DNA from: Sphaerodactylus townsendi
Lineage: Eukaryota
Length of the DNA stretch: 64,000 nt
Assembly (NCBI RefSeq): GCF_021028975.2
Contig: NC_059438.1
Location: 25,172,001 to 25,236,000 of the forward strand
Direction: 5' to 3'
The notes under the pieces: model-generated
Database searches by the model: none
Seen by the model: only the letters and a program-made list of their open reading frames with translations
Told to the model about the DNA's origin: nothing
Program-made: the position numbers and the translations under genes
Shown here: piece by piece, positions 1 through 21,826 of the stretch
How the letters are laid out: each line of letters starts with the position of its first letter
How positions within the stretch are numbered: position 1 is the first letter of the stretch

Positions 1-841
1 AAGACAAAGAGGGCGAAGGAGGGGGTGGGCTGGCAGGTGCCCCTGGATCAGCTGGGCGGCTGCTGCTGCTGCCGGACGGGGGGCAGTGGGGATCCTGCCC
101 TGCCCCTCGACAGGGCACCTTTCTGGGCACTTGAGCGAGGAAAGGGCCGCCGCTGCCGGCAAGGGCCAGGGGGCCTAGCGGGAAGGCAGGAAGGGTCTCC
201 TGAGGGTGCCTGACGGGCCCTCCCCTCCCCTCCCGCCGCCGGGGGGCCTCGTGGGATGGGCTTGAAAGAGATGCTGACACAACCGGCTCAGGGACGGGGG
301 CTGTGCCGAGGAGGAGGTACAGGGCAAAGGGGCTCCTGGAGCTCGGAGAGACCCGTGGCTCCGCCAGTGAGACCACCTGGACAGCGGGTAAGCCCCTCCC
401 CCACCCCCGCCCGGCATCTGTGGCCGGCCGGCGTGCGGTGCGGGGCTGCCCCCCTGAGCGCTGGGTCCCCCGAAGACGGAGCACCGTCCGGCTGCAATCC
501 GAGCAGTCCTTTGGGGCGGGCGGGCGAGCGGGGGGGGAGGGTGAAGGCTGACACCTGCCACTCAGGCGACGAGGCTCCCCAAGAGGCCGCGTAATCAGCC
601 CGCACCGCCTGCCTTTCTCCCCGCCGGCCCGGGCGTATGGCAGGCCTCCCCGCGGCAGCCCCCGGCCATCTGCCTGGTGTCAGACCACGCCGGGGGGCGC
701 TGGCGCACCCGACACCTCTGCAGCCAGAGAGAGCACCCCAACCCCCCTCCGGGGGTTTCCTAGGAAAGCAGCGGCTCTACTCCTGAGTAAGGCGCACACA
801 AGGACGTGGGGAGGGGCACAGGGGTGCTGCTAAATAGCCTC

Positions 842-872
842 ATGCATATGCTAATTAGCTTGAATAATTCAT
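842..872. promoter_or_regulatory. POU/homeodomain motif cluster in TUBB3 intron 1
   Basis: ATGCATATGCTAATTAGC followed by TGAATAATTCAT (MORE/octamer-like and POU4-like), an AT-rich patch within GC-rich DNA. Confidence 0.4.
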
Positions 873-2239
873 GGCCAGCCCCTGTCATTGACACGTCGGA
901 TCAAGGCGCGGCGGAGCCTCTTCCAGGCAGCTGGGTCACCCTTCGAGCTCCATTTTTAAAGGGCTTCTTCATTAACGTGACTATTCCTATTCGGACCACA
1001 AAATACCCGGTGGAATCTGGAGCCGAATCCGGGACAGGGACCGAAAAGGCTTTGTTCGAACGGCAGCTCCGGAGTGTTGGTTTGTTCCGCCTCCTGCACC
1101 GATCCGCACTTTGCTGTAGCTCTTCTGCCTAGACAGGAACCGGCTGATCGGGAAGGCAGGGCGCCCTTCTTCTCTCCCGCTGTCCTCCTCGCCAAAGGGG
1201 TCCGCCGCCTGGGCGAGGGTCTTCCCATTTTGTTCAGGTGGCCACCCGGCTATGAAGCTTTAGCTGAAAAAGAGCACCTTGCCTGGGACCTGCGTGCGAG
1301 TTTCAGGACCAAACTGAGAACTTGAACTCAGATCTCCTCACTCCAAGTTCAAACATTTTGCCTGCCAGACTGGACACAAACTCACCACTCTCGGGTTTGG
1401 TCCAGGAATACACCAGACTTAGCCATTTGGGCAGTTCCAAGGGGAACCCCTTCATTTGCATCAATGGCAAAGGACCCTTACCAGAGCGAGGTTTGCTTCA
1501 CCCGGTGCGGGGGGTGGGGAGTTGTAGCCCCCATCTCATTTCCCATCTTGCTTATCTCCCTGTCCTTTTCCATTCACCTTCTGGTGCAGTCTGGTAACGA
1601 AGGGTCTGCTCTCTGCCCACTGAACAGTGCTGGCACTGAAGAGATGCCTCCTCAGACCCCCCACAAGGATTCAACAGGGCCCGCCCCCCCCACCGCCCAA
1701 GAACACGCTTCTGCCCCCCTTCTGCCAACTGCCAATATCCCTGTCAAAAGAAACTTTCACCTGCTTCACCCTGTACCAGGGGCGCAGTTCAGCCTTTGTC
1801 TAAGGAAGCCTTTTTTTTTCAAAGCCCGGTTCTAGAAAGTTCATTCCAAGATGCTGCCCTTCCTGGGGCCCCCAGAGAAATAGACCCCCCTCCCCCATCT
1901 ATGGTATTCTATGATGTTGCTCCTCGCGAGTTTCGCCCACTATCCGGGGCATGCGTTGTTTGCACCTCCAAGGACAGTGTTTGGCTGTCTCTTATTTTCA
2001 AAGTAGGACTCTGTTGTGTTTGAAGAACCTGATCCAGGCGTCCACTATTTTTTGTTTCCTTCATAGCTAAGTGTGGCGATCTGGTGATCAGGAACGGGGC
2101 TCGAGACCAGGGCAGGGGCCAATGTGAAGGTTCTCCTTGGCAACTAAGCTGAACACGGGAAGTCCAGCGGAGCAGCGTTTGCGTCCCTGGCTCAAAATAG
2201 GTTACGTGCACCTTTAATGGGGCAAAAGGCGGCTGTGGT

Positions 2240-2260
2240 TTCAGCACCATGGCCAGATCT
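2240..2260 (+). promoter_or_regulatory. RE1/NRSE (REST-binding) element in TUBB3 intron 1
   Basis: TTCAGCACCATGGCCAGATCT against consensus TTCAGCACCACGGACAGCGCC: perfect left half and correct spacing. Confidence 0.7.
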
Positions 2261-2705
2261 CTCGGGCTGCGCAGGCGCAGGCGCCGACGCCTCCTCCGGC
2301 GGTACTCCCCTTGAGGGGGTTAGCACTGACATTTTCTTCTGACCAGTAGGCAGTAGCCCTTACAAGAGCAGTTTGCCGATAATCTCCAATTAGGAAGGGC
2401 AGGGAAACTGCCGATAAGCGGAGCTGCAAATGCAATCTTGCAAATACTGTCTGAAGTCCGCTCCTTGTCCCACGGCCTGCCCTGGCTGTGCAGCACATCT
2501 TGAGCTCTGTCAGAGAGAACAGCCTGACTGGATCTAACCAGCCCCCCATCTAGCCCAGCAGCAGGGCTCTGACAGGTGCTTTGGTGAAAGCGCAATCCAG
2601 AACAGGGCTGGACTTCTCTGTCCACGTCTTTGGGCTTTCCACCCACCCACAGTGAAGGAACATGCTCGCAATGTCCCTCCTAACCTACTTTTGCTCTTCC
2701 TCTAG

Positions 2706-7441
<4,736 letters not shown>

Positions 7442-7741
7442 GATTCCTGGGCCAGGGGCTGTGTTCCAGTCCTCCCAGGGAGAGTCTATGGTCCTTTGTT
7501 CATCGTCCTCCATTTTTGCTACTCCTTTGCTGAGTTCTAGGCCATCAGCTGCTAGTTGCTTCTGATTCAAGGGTTCCAAAGTGGGAGGTTGTTCCGTATT
7601 TAACTGTCTTTGCCCCCCCATACCCCCCCGTGTCTTATCAGTTAGTGCAGCTCCCTCTGTTCTTCATTATTTTACCAATGTCAAGGGCCCTGGTCTTTAT
7701 TTTTTATTGGTCTGTGTCTATTTTTATGTTTTGGAATACTT

Positions 7742-7747
7742 AATAAA
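7742..7747 (+). terminator. Likely TUBB3 polyadenylation signal (AATAAA)
   Basis: First AATAAA about 300 nt after the stop codon, in a U-rich context. Confidence 0.7.
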
Positions 7748-8350
7748 TCTATTGCTGTCCAGTGCTTGGCTTACCCTTCTTGCAGCTTCTGGGGATGGGA
7801 GAAGTCTGACCAAAAGGTCTGGAGTGGGGCTGGGGGCAACCCCAGAAGCCCCCATTACTGGCTGTTCCACATGAGCAGTAAGAGAAAGGCTGTGGTGGTT
7901 GAGGTGCATATAACACAGCCTCTCTGCCTGGGAAAAGGACAGGAATTACTGCTGACACGGGGAAGGTCTGAGGCACAGGAAGTGCAGGCCCCACCCCATA
8001 GGCTCAGCAGTGGCTATTAGTGCAGATAACCACCAAGAGAACACAGAGATCATTCCTTTGACCATCAGAGATAGTTGTTTGTGGGCGCAGAGCAGTCGGC
8101 TCTACCTCTCTTTGGCCAGGCGCCTGCTTTCTCTATCACATTCCTTATCACAACCTTCTTCTCCCAGGGACTGGGGACAGAGTGCCTGGTTCCCCCCTCC
8201 TCCAGTTCCTGACATCACAGCAGCCTTATGGAGGAGTATGGATCTTCACCTAGTATGCAGCTCTCTGGCCAACATCTTTATCCCACAGTTGAGAAATAAA
8301 GGGGCCTGCTTTTAGCACATACATGTATTTTCTTGGACAAAAACACACTA

Positions 8351-8554
8351 GGGTGTTGTGGGGTTTCTGGGCTGTATGGCCGTGTTCCAGTAGCATTTTC
8401 TCCTGACGTTTTGCCTGCATCTGAGGATGCCAGCCACAGATGCAGGCAAAACGTCAGGAGAAAATGCTACTGGAACACGGCCATACAGTCTGGAAACCCC
8501 ACAACACCCCAGTGATTCCAGCCGTGAAAACCATTAAAGCCTTTGACAATACAT
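8351..8554 (+). mobile_element. Short Penelope-like pLTR relic forming a 73-bp hairpin
   Basis: Arms 8351-8423 and 8437-8509 are near-perfect reverse complements. Tail gtgattccagccgtgaaa..ctttgacaatac is shared with the copies at 19584 and 40751. Degenerate hammerhead core CTGAGGA..AAAACGTC. Confidence 0.7.
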
Positions 8555-9019
8555 AAATCACACTGCTGACGTATTGGTTTAACTGGGTTCCCAAAGAATC
8601 CCAGGGGACTGCAGCTGCGGGGTGGGGGTGGGGGTGAGTCAAGAGACCTCCGGCAGAATTCTTAAGGGGGTGGGGGTAAGAGAGCATGGTACCCTGTTGA
8701 GCTGCGAGTGACTCAGCAAACCAGGGGCTGCAAGTTGCCAGGCAGAAGTCCCGAGTCCCAACTCCAGCTCAGAGGAGCGGCCCTGCTGGTGGGTGAAGAT
8801 GCGAAATGCCCTTTTCGGCCCCAGACTCTGGAGAGCTGCTGCCAGTCTGAGTAGGAGATGCCGCCTTTGGTGGGAGAAGAGGAGGAGGAGTTGGTTTGTG
8901 TGCCCTCCCCCCCCCCCGCTGTCTCCTGTCAGGCGTCTCCCAGTGGCCCACAATTGCCTCCCTCGCCCCCAGCAGACCCCCTGTGGGGCAGGTGGGGCTG
9001 GGAGAAGTCCGAAAGAACT

Positions 9020-15808
<6,789 letters not shown>

Positions 15809-16566
15809 AGAGACGCTTTCTGCCGTCCCTTCTCTGGAGAGAGGCAGCCCCTAGGAACATGGATACACAAGCTGTTGCGCAGGAAGCGCTGAGTCCAAGT
15901 GGGCAAGGAGACCAGACTTTGCACAGGAGTGCAGCTGGAGATGTTTTATCCAGCGCTGGAAAATGACACAACTGGATGTGTGTTGATTTTCAGTCCCAGA
16001 CTCTCTTCCAGTGGAGGGGCCGTCAAGACTGTTCTGCATGCACCAATCTTTGCAGGATTTCCCTGCCTGTAATTGTGAGCTTGAGAGATCTCTTCCCGAG
16101 CAGATGCTGGCTCTTGGCAGGAGGACAACATGCCACATTAGCCCTGGAGATTACTTCCGGTATATGCAGAGCAGTCCAGAAGGAAGGATAACTTGGCTGT
16201 TTTCAGTGCACGGTCCTATTGGCATGCTCTGCTAGGGTTCAGCAGCAAGAGCATCTGATGGCATATAAAGCTCAAAGGGGATGCCTCCATGGTTTCCTTC
16301 CTGCTGGTGGCATGTCCTTGTGGACACAGGTGAACTCAGTGGTTTGGATTAAGGGACCATCGGATGCCTAGAAATCATCTCCCTCTGATGTGGGTTCGTT
16401 GTGTGCCTGTGCCAGAGGTGGGGAAGGAAGAAAGATTGCTCCTTTCCTCATCATCATTGCCACTGCGGGTGGAAGCAAATCCAAGGACTGAGTGGATTGG
16501 TGGAGTTGGAACAGCCCTTGGAATCCAGGAGAGGAATAATTTATCTTGAGCACTAAAATCACTTTA

Positions 16567-16572
16567 AATAAA
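16567..16572 (+). terminator. Likely DEF8 polyadenylation signal (AATAAA)
   Basis: First AATAAA about 760 nt after the stop codon. Confidence 0.6.
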
Positions 16573-18635
16573 GCTGTGTTCAATCTTCCTGTGCCGCTCT
16601 CGTTTAAGGCAGGCGAGCCTTGCTTGCTTGTCAGTTTCTGGATGGAAGCTACGTTGCTCTTCTTCTCACTTCCCCCACAAAGCTTCAAAGTTGCATCCAC
16701 TCTGGCTGTTTGCAACACTTGTGAAGGAACAGACTTGCGGGTCCTTCTGTGTTCCTTCTGATTGGCCCCTGGGGGGGTCAGAAAACCACCTGCTCAAACT
16801 GCCCCTTCCCCCAATTCCCTGGACTCCCAAAAACAAACTTCCACCAATGACTCCAAGTATCTCTTCCTGGGCGGAGTCATATGTTTAATACTCTGAACCA
16901 GTGTTGCCATTTAGAATCTCCATCAAGTTGTACACCTGCCCACTTTGCTTCTACAAGCTGGTGCAGGGCAAATGGATCGCAACTTTGCAATTGAGAGCAG
17001 TGGTGTTCTGGGAATGGTGAGCTCCTGCACTCCCCCTTCCTGTGACACACTTCAGATAGTGAGACCGACTAGGCCTTAAATCATTCCAGAAATCAGACTT
17101 TGAACATTCAAAATTCAAGGACATTTACTAAATAAATAAAGATATTACACAGGTTCTCTCCATGTATTTCAAGCTGAATAAGGGAACGAAGAAAAGTGAG
17201 AGCCCACCATCTCCTTCCCCTACTCCAGGTACTTCCTAAATGATGTTTATATAAGACAGACCTGCTTTCTTTGAAGTTGCAGTTGTTTAACGCTGAACAT
17301 TACCTTAGTTCTTATGACTAGGTTTCTTTCCAGTGTCCTTCATGACGTGGACAAGGTTATGTTCCTGGGTGAAAGCTTAATCCATCCAGCTTCCATCAAT
17401 TTGGATGTACAAAGATGCAAGAAGTACCCTCTGTCTTTCACCCTCCCATACTATGGATGGCCTCGCTGTGCCTTCCTGCCTCCAAGAACTTTCCTCCTAC
17501 AACATTAGTATTCCCAGCTCTATGGCTCCAGGTGTAACTTACTGGCAGGATCTGAAGTAGGAAGCTGTTGTCCTGTCAGTAGCATAACAAAGGGCTTGAG
17601 TACAATAGGTTGGGAGCTGGACAGCGCCTTCCTTCAACCTGCTCCTTTCCGCCAGCTGGTAGCCTGCAGCTGGGCTCCTGCACATGGATAGAGTGCAGTC
17701 ACAATAGTTGAAATATTGGGTTGAACTCTTGGGGAGAGGGCATTTCTCCACGACATTTGTAAATAATTGTGGGGAGGGGTTGTGCCACTGTGTAGAGAGC
17801 TCAGTGAACTTGGAACTGCTGGTGTCTTAAGTGTTTGTGAGAAATCAAGTGGGTTTTGGGCCCGCAGTGTACAACTGAAGTAGCTTTGGCCAGTTAGAGA
17901 CAGAGTCAGTGCTTGGATACAGGGTTCCCCTTATTTATCAGCCATGCACAGACACTCATACTGGAGAGAAGGAAGCTAGACAGAAAGTCATTTGAGAATA
18001 TAACAGGGCTGTGTTGATGCTGCAGCACTTCTCTTTGTGCCACAGTGTTCCTTGCCATGACAAGTTGCAGGGCACAGCAGAGTGAAGCGTGTGCAGGATT
18101 CAGCCCTGGGACAGTCGCCAATAATCCTGGGGTCCCCACCTTGTTGACCCTGTGGCTGTTCTGAAATAGAAAGGGCAGGAGGAACTGCTCTGGAGGGCTT
18201 AACCCTCACAACACATATTTTTAAATGAAACGGCTTTTGGAGATGAGTTCTTTTTATAATTTCAGCTTTTTGTAGAGGGCAAAGGAAACATTCAGGCTGT
18301 AATGTTAATTGCTTCAGCTGAGACTGGGGCGGGGGAGAAGCATGAATCTTCCAGTCTTTTCCACTTCCTTCCTTTTTTGTGGTTCTGCTCATGTTTACTT
18401 TTACTTCCCATTGTGAAGTCCCTTTCCCCCTGCTTTCTCTGGTGCAGTGCAGCTGCGGTGAAACAATTTGGACAAACACCCTCCCCACACCCCCTCAGGC
18501 ACCCGCTGGCTTTTCAGCTGCAGCTGCTCCCCATACTGCAGAAGTGGGTGGAACTCAGCCGTGCCCCCTGCCATGCCAGTGCCAACCAAGGACACGCTGG
18601 AAAGGGGCACAGGCGGGGCAGAAAGCAGGACCACG

Positions 18636-18739
18636 GGGTGTTTGTTGGGAGCGGGGAAGGGAAAGGAGCTTGTAAGCCCCTTTGAGCCTCCTTAGAGGAG
18701 AGAAGGGGGGGATATAAATCCAAACTCCTCCTCCTCTTC
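18636..18739 (+). mobile_element. 3' fragment of a Squam3-like SINE
   Basis: ttgtaagcccctttgag..gatataaatccaaactcctcctcctct matches the tails of the SINEs at 34632, 35511 and 52477. Confidence 0.7.
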
Positions 18740-19043
18740 TCCCGGCCAGGTTGCTGGCACCCAGAGAGGCCTGGCTGAGGGCGGTCCTTGGCTCATCCTC
18801 TTCTTGAGGCTGCTGCTCGCTGTCCGGGGAGCCTCCTGGTTGGGGGCCGTTCCCAGGGGAGGCCGCGGTGGTCTGCAGTCTGCAGGTACGCCCGAGCCCA
18901 CCGGCTCCCTTTGCCGGACACTGTCAGGGTGGCGAAGTTTCTCTTGGCGCCCAGGCAGGGGGAGAGCAAAGCAGGTCATGCCAAGGAAGGGGGCGGGACA
19001 CAGAAAGGCGTCTCCGAGCACCTGGAATAGGTAACCTCAGTAA

Positions 19044-19055
19044 TTTGGCGGGAAA
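19044..19055. promoter_or_regulatory. E2F consensus site TTTGGCGGGAAA in a small CpG-rich patch
   Basis: Reverse complement is TTTCCCGCCAAA; an ETS-like CCGGAAA lies nearby. Confidence 0.4.
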
Positions 19056-19583
19056 CACGGGCAGGGAGTGAATCTGGACTATACTATTTCCATTAAACCC
19101 TATGGGGGGGGGGGTGCAACTGTCCTCCCCCCCTCCCAGGTTGAACGACCAAATTTAACGCCAAACCCGGAAACGGCCCCGCCAGACTCTCCTTCCTCCG
19201 GCACACAAACAGGAAACAGGGTGGCCGCTCTAGCCTTTCCGCCTCGATGGTCTCGGGAGCCAGACGCGCGTGGCTCTCGGGCTCTGGCGCTTCTCCCCCT
19301 TATTTATTTTTTGTTTACTATTAGTTTTGCTATACCGCCCACCCCCGGAGGGCTCTGGGCCGTGAACAACCAACGCATATGTAAACCCCTAAGTAAACAT
19401 ATGCTAACCCCTAAATAAATAATCTTCTGCCTCCCCCACTGCATTTGACCTGCCCGGATGATGACTCTGCAGAAAGGACATCTTACTCAGCAGCGGGAGG
19501 CTGCCCTGATTCAAAAGCATCTCTGCTGCATTCAGAGATCAGGAATTGGCACCCTCTGCTTTGGGCTGGGCGTGAGCTTCTCT

Positions 19584-19881
19584 GGGGTGTTGTGGGGTTT
19601 CCGGCTGTATGGCAGTGTTCCAGTAGCATTTTCTACTGAGATTTCGCCTTCATTAGGATGCCAGCCACATATGCAGGCAAAACATCAGAAGAAAATGCTA
19701 CTGGAACACGGCCATACAGATCCCCTGAAGATGCCAGCCACAGATGCAGGCGAAACGTCAGGAGAGAATGCTGCTAGAACACGGCCATACAGCCCGGAAA
19801 CCACACAGCACCACAGCCATACAGCTTGGAAACCCCACAACACCCCAGTGATTCCAGCCATGAAAGCCTTCGACAACACAA
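19584..19881 (+). mobile_element. Penelope-like pLTR relic (inverted plus tandem units) with 11-bp TSD
   Basis: TGAGCTTCTCT at 19573-19583 and 19882-19892. Inverted 5' arm followed by two tandem units. Same family as the 8351 copy. Confidence 0.8.
19721..19763 (+). ncRNA. Minimal type-I hammerhead ribozyme motif of the PLE class
   Basis: TCCC-CTGAAGA-T-GCC(loop)GGC-GAAA-CG-TC-AGGA: core boxes at 19725-19731 and 19752-19755, palindromic ACGT stem III, one mismatch in stem I. Confidence 0.55.
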
Positions 19882-21631
19882 TGAGCTTCTCTTTCCTGGG
19901 CTGCAACACCGGGAGCTGCACCCCCACCAGTTTTCACGACGTCTGCTGTCAATAGGCTGCCCGCCCAAACTCTGATCAGCTGCCAGCCCTCCTGCAATAC
20001 CCCTGGGAAGGATGAGTGGCAGTTTGGACCAAAGTGCCACGGCGCCTTCCACCCACCCCATTGTCTTCCTGCTCCTCCTGCATCTCTCTGAACCACCCAA
20101 ACATGCACCTTCGCACTCTCGATTCTGCGGCCTCTTCATAGAAAGGGTCTCCCCACCACTTACTTTCCCAATATTGTGCGCATTCTGTTAATATAGCCCA
20201 CCTTAAACCAGAACTTGTTGCACATGTGGCACGGTTCAGAAACTCACGCAGGGACATGACCTCCCCACCCCAATGCAAAGAGGCAAGCCTGGTTATTGCA
20301 GAAGTGCATTTATTCTGTGAACAGTACAATGTGCAAGTTACAAGGAAACATTCTGTATGGGGGACTCCGAAGTGCAACAGGTAAACTTTAGACACGGCGC
20401 CAGAGGAGGTACCAAGGCAAACACACTTGGGGACATATCTGAGTTAGAGTGGGGAAGGAGGGGCTGAAAGATACGGTTCGAGTGGCATTCCAGGTGAAGA
20501 TTATGACCAAGCTCAATGCAGACACAAGAGTGGGCAAATAAACCCGGAGTGGAGTGGGGGAGGGTATCTTCAATCCACTCACTTACACCCCTCCCCCTGC
20601 CATTTGCCTGTGGCTTAGTTTTGGTTCTCCAAACTGTTGATCGTTTCCGTCTTCAGTGCTGCTCCCATGAACGGCTCCCTTTCACGACTGGTAAGTAGCG
20701 CCCCATCCCTACAGTCTATGCCAACTTCTTCTTTTCTCTAGTTAGCGCTTGCAAGAATAAAGGGTGTATTTTACTAGATTTAAAATACTATTTTCCCATT
20801 ATTTCCCCCTTTATTCTTATTTTACTATTTTTGGGGAAAAAAACTTCACTTAACTTCCTAAAACTGCCTGCTTACTTGAGAGTTCTGATTGGGGAGGATC
20901 CCAGTGTATGTTGGTTGTTTGATCCCTCCTTGCTCTGTCTCCCCAGCTAATTCCCCAAACTTAAATGCTGACAGCCTGTTTAGGGTAACTCTGTGGCTTC
21001 AGCTTCATAAGTGCAAAGCCAGCAACCACAGCTGTTTTGCATGGTCAGAGCAGGCCGGCCTCTGCTCTGTTGCTCAGCCTGGTGCCATCTGACCAGGTGA
21101 AGAAAGACGTGCATTCTGCCAGCTCCAGCAACCTCCACTGGTTGTGTGGATGAGTGATGCGGTTGCTTTTGACTACCTATTACTGGGCATGACCCAGTCC
21201 AGATCTGGCCGTCTGGGGTGTGTATGTGTGCAGATTGTCTGCTCATTCATCCTGTGAAGGGGTTCTATGACCAAGGGAAGACATTTCCAGCTGGGCTCCA
21301 GAGTCATTAACCAAAGTTGTGCTTAATCATCTGCTGGTCTTGATGGGCTCCTACTCCTGTGAAACTAGAGGTTTGCCACAGTCTACTCACACATCACTGG
21401 GTCATGACGCCTCCCCTTTCAGCCTGCCCCAAACAGGGCCTGGTTGCTTATTCCAAAGCGACCTCCCTGCCCCACTCCTTCTGCCCCATTTTCAATGCAA
21501 ACCCTGACACATATTGCCACCACATACTGAGTGCAGGTGGAGAAGCAACCAGACCCACAAGTGAGCCCTGGGCTTGTCTCTGGCAGAGGAGATTCTAAGC
21601 CTGTGCTACTCGCAAAGGGCCTGCTGCCCTC

Positions 21632-21826
21632 ACCCAGATGGCTCAGGCTAGCTGGCTCTCGTCAGATCTCAGCTGCTTAGCAGGGTCAGCTCTGGTTAGC
21701 ATTATGGATGGGAGACCACCAAGGAAGGTCAGGGTTGCTAGGTAGAGGCAGGCAATGGCAAAAACTCTCTGCTCACCTTTTGCCTTGAAAACCCTATTTG
21801 GTTGCAACTTGACTGCACTTTCTACT
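21632..21826 (+). mobile_element. 5S rRNA-derived SINE (5S-Sauria-like)
   Basis: ctcgtcagatctcagctgcttagcagggtcagctctggttagcattatggatgggagaccaccaaggaa is diverged 5S rRNA. It is followed by a Sauria/RTE-type tail gaggcaggcaatggcaaa..gccttgaaaaccc..gcaacttgactgcac. Confidence 0.8.

Noticed and set aside
1-2705. TUBB3 exon 1 (MREI) or MC1R
   Set aside because: Neither is present; the segment behaves as intron 1.
17290-17760. Possible minus-strand exon ending at a strong donor near 17304
   Set aside because: Stops in all frames and no recognisable protein.
21655-21745. Possible 5S rRNA gene
   Set aside because: Diverged, 5'-incomplete, single copy and fused to a retroposon tail, so a SINE.
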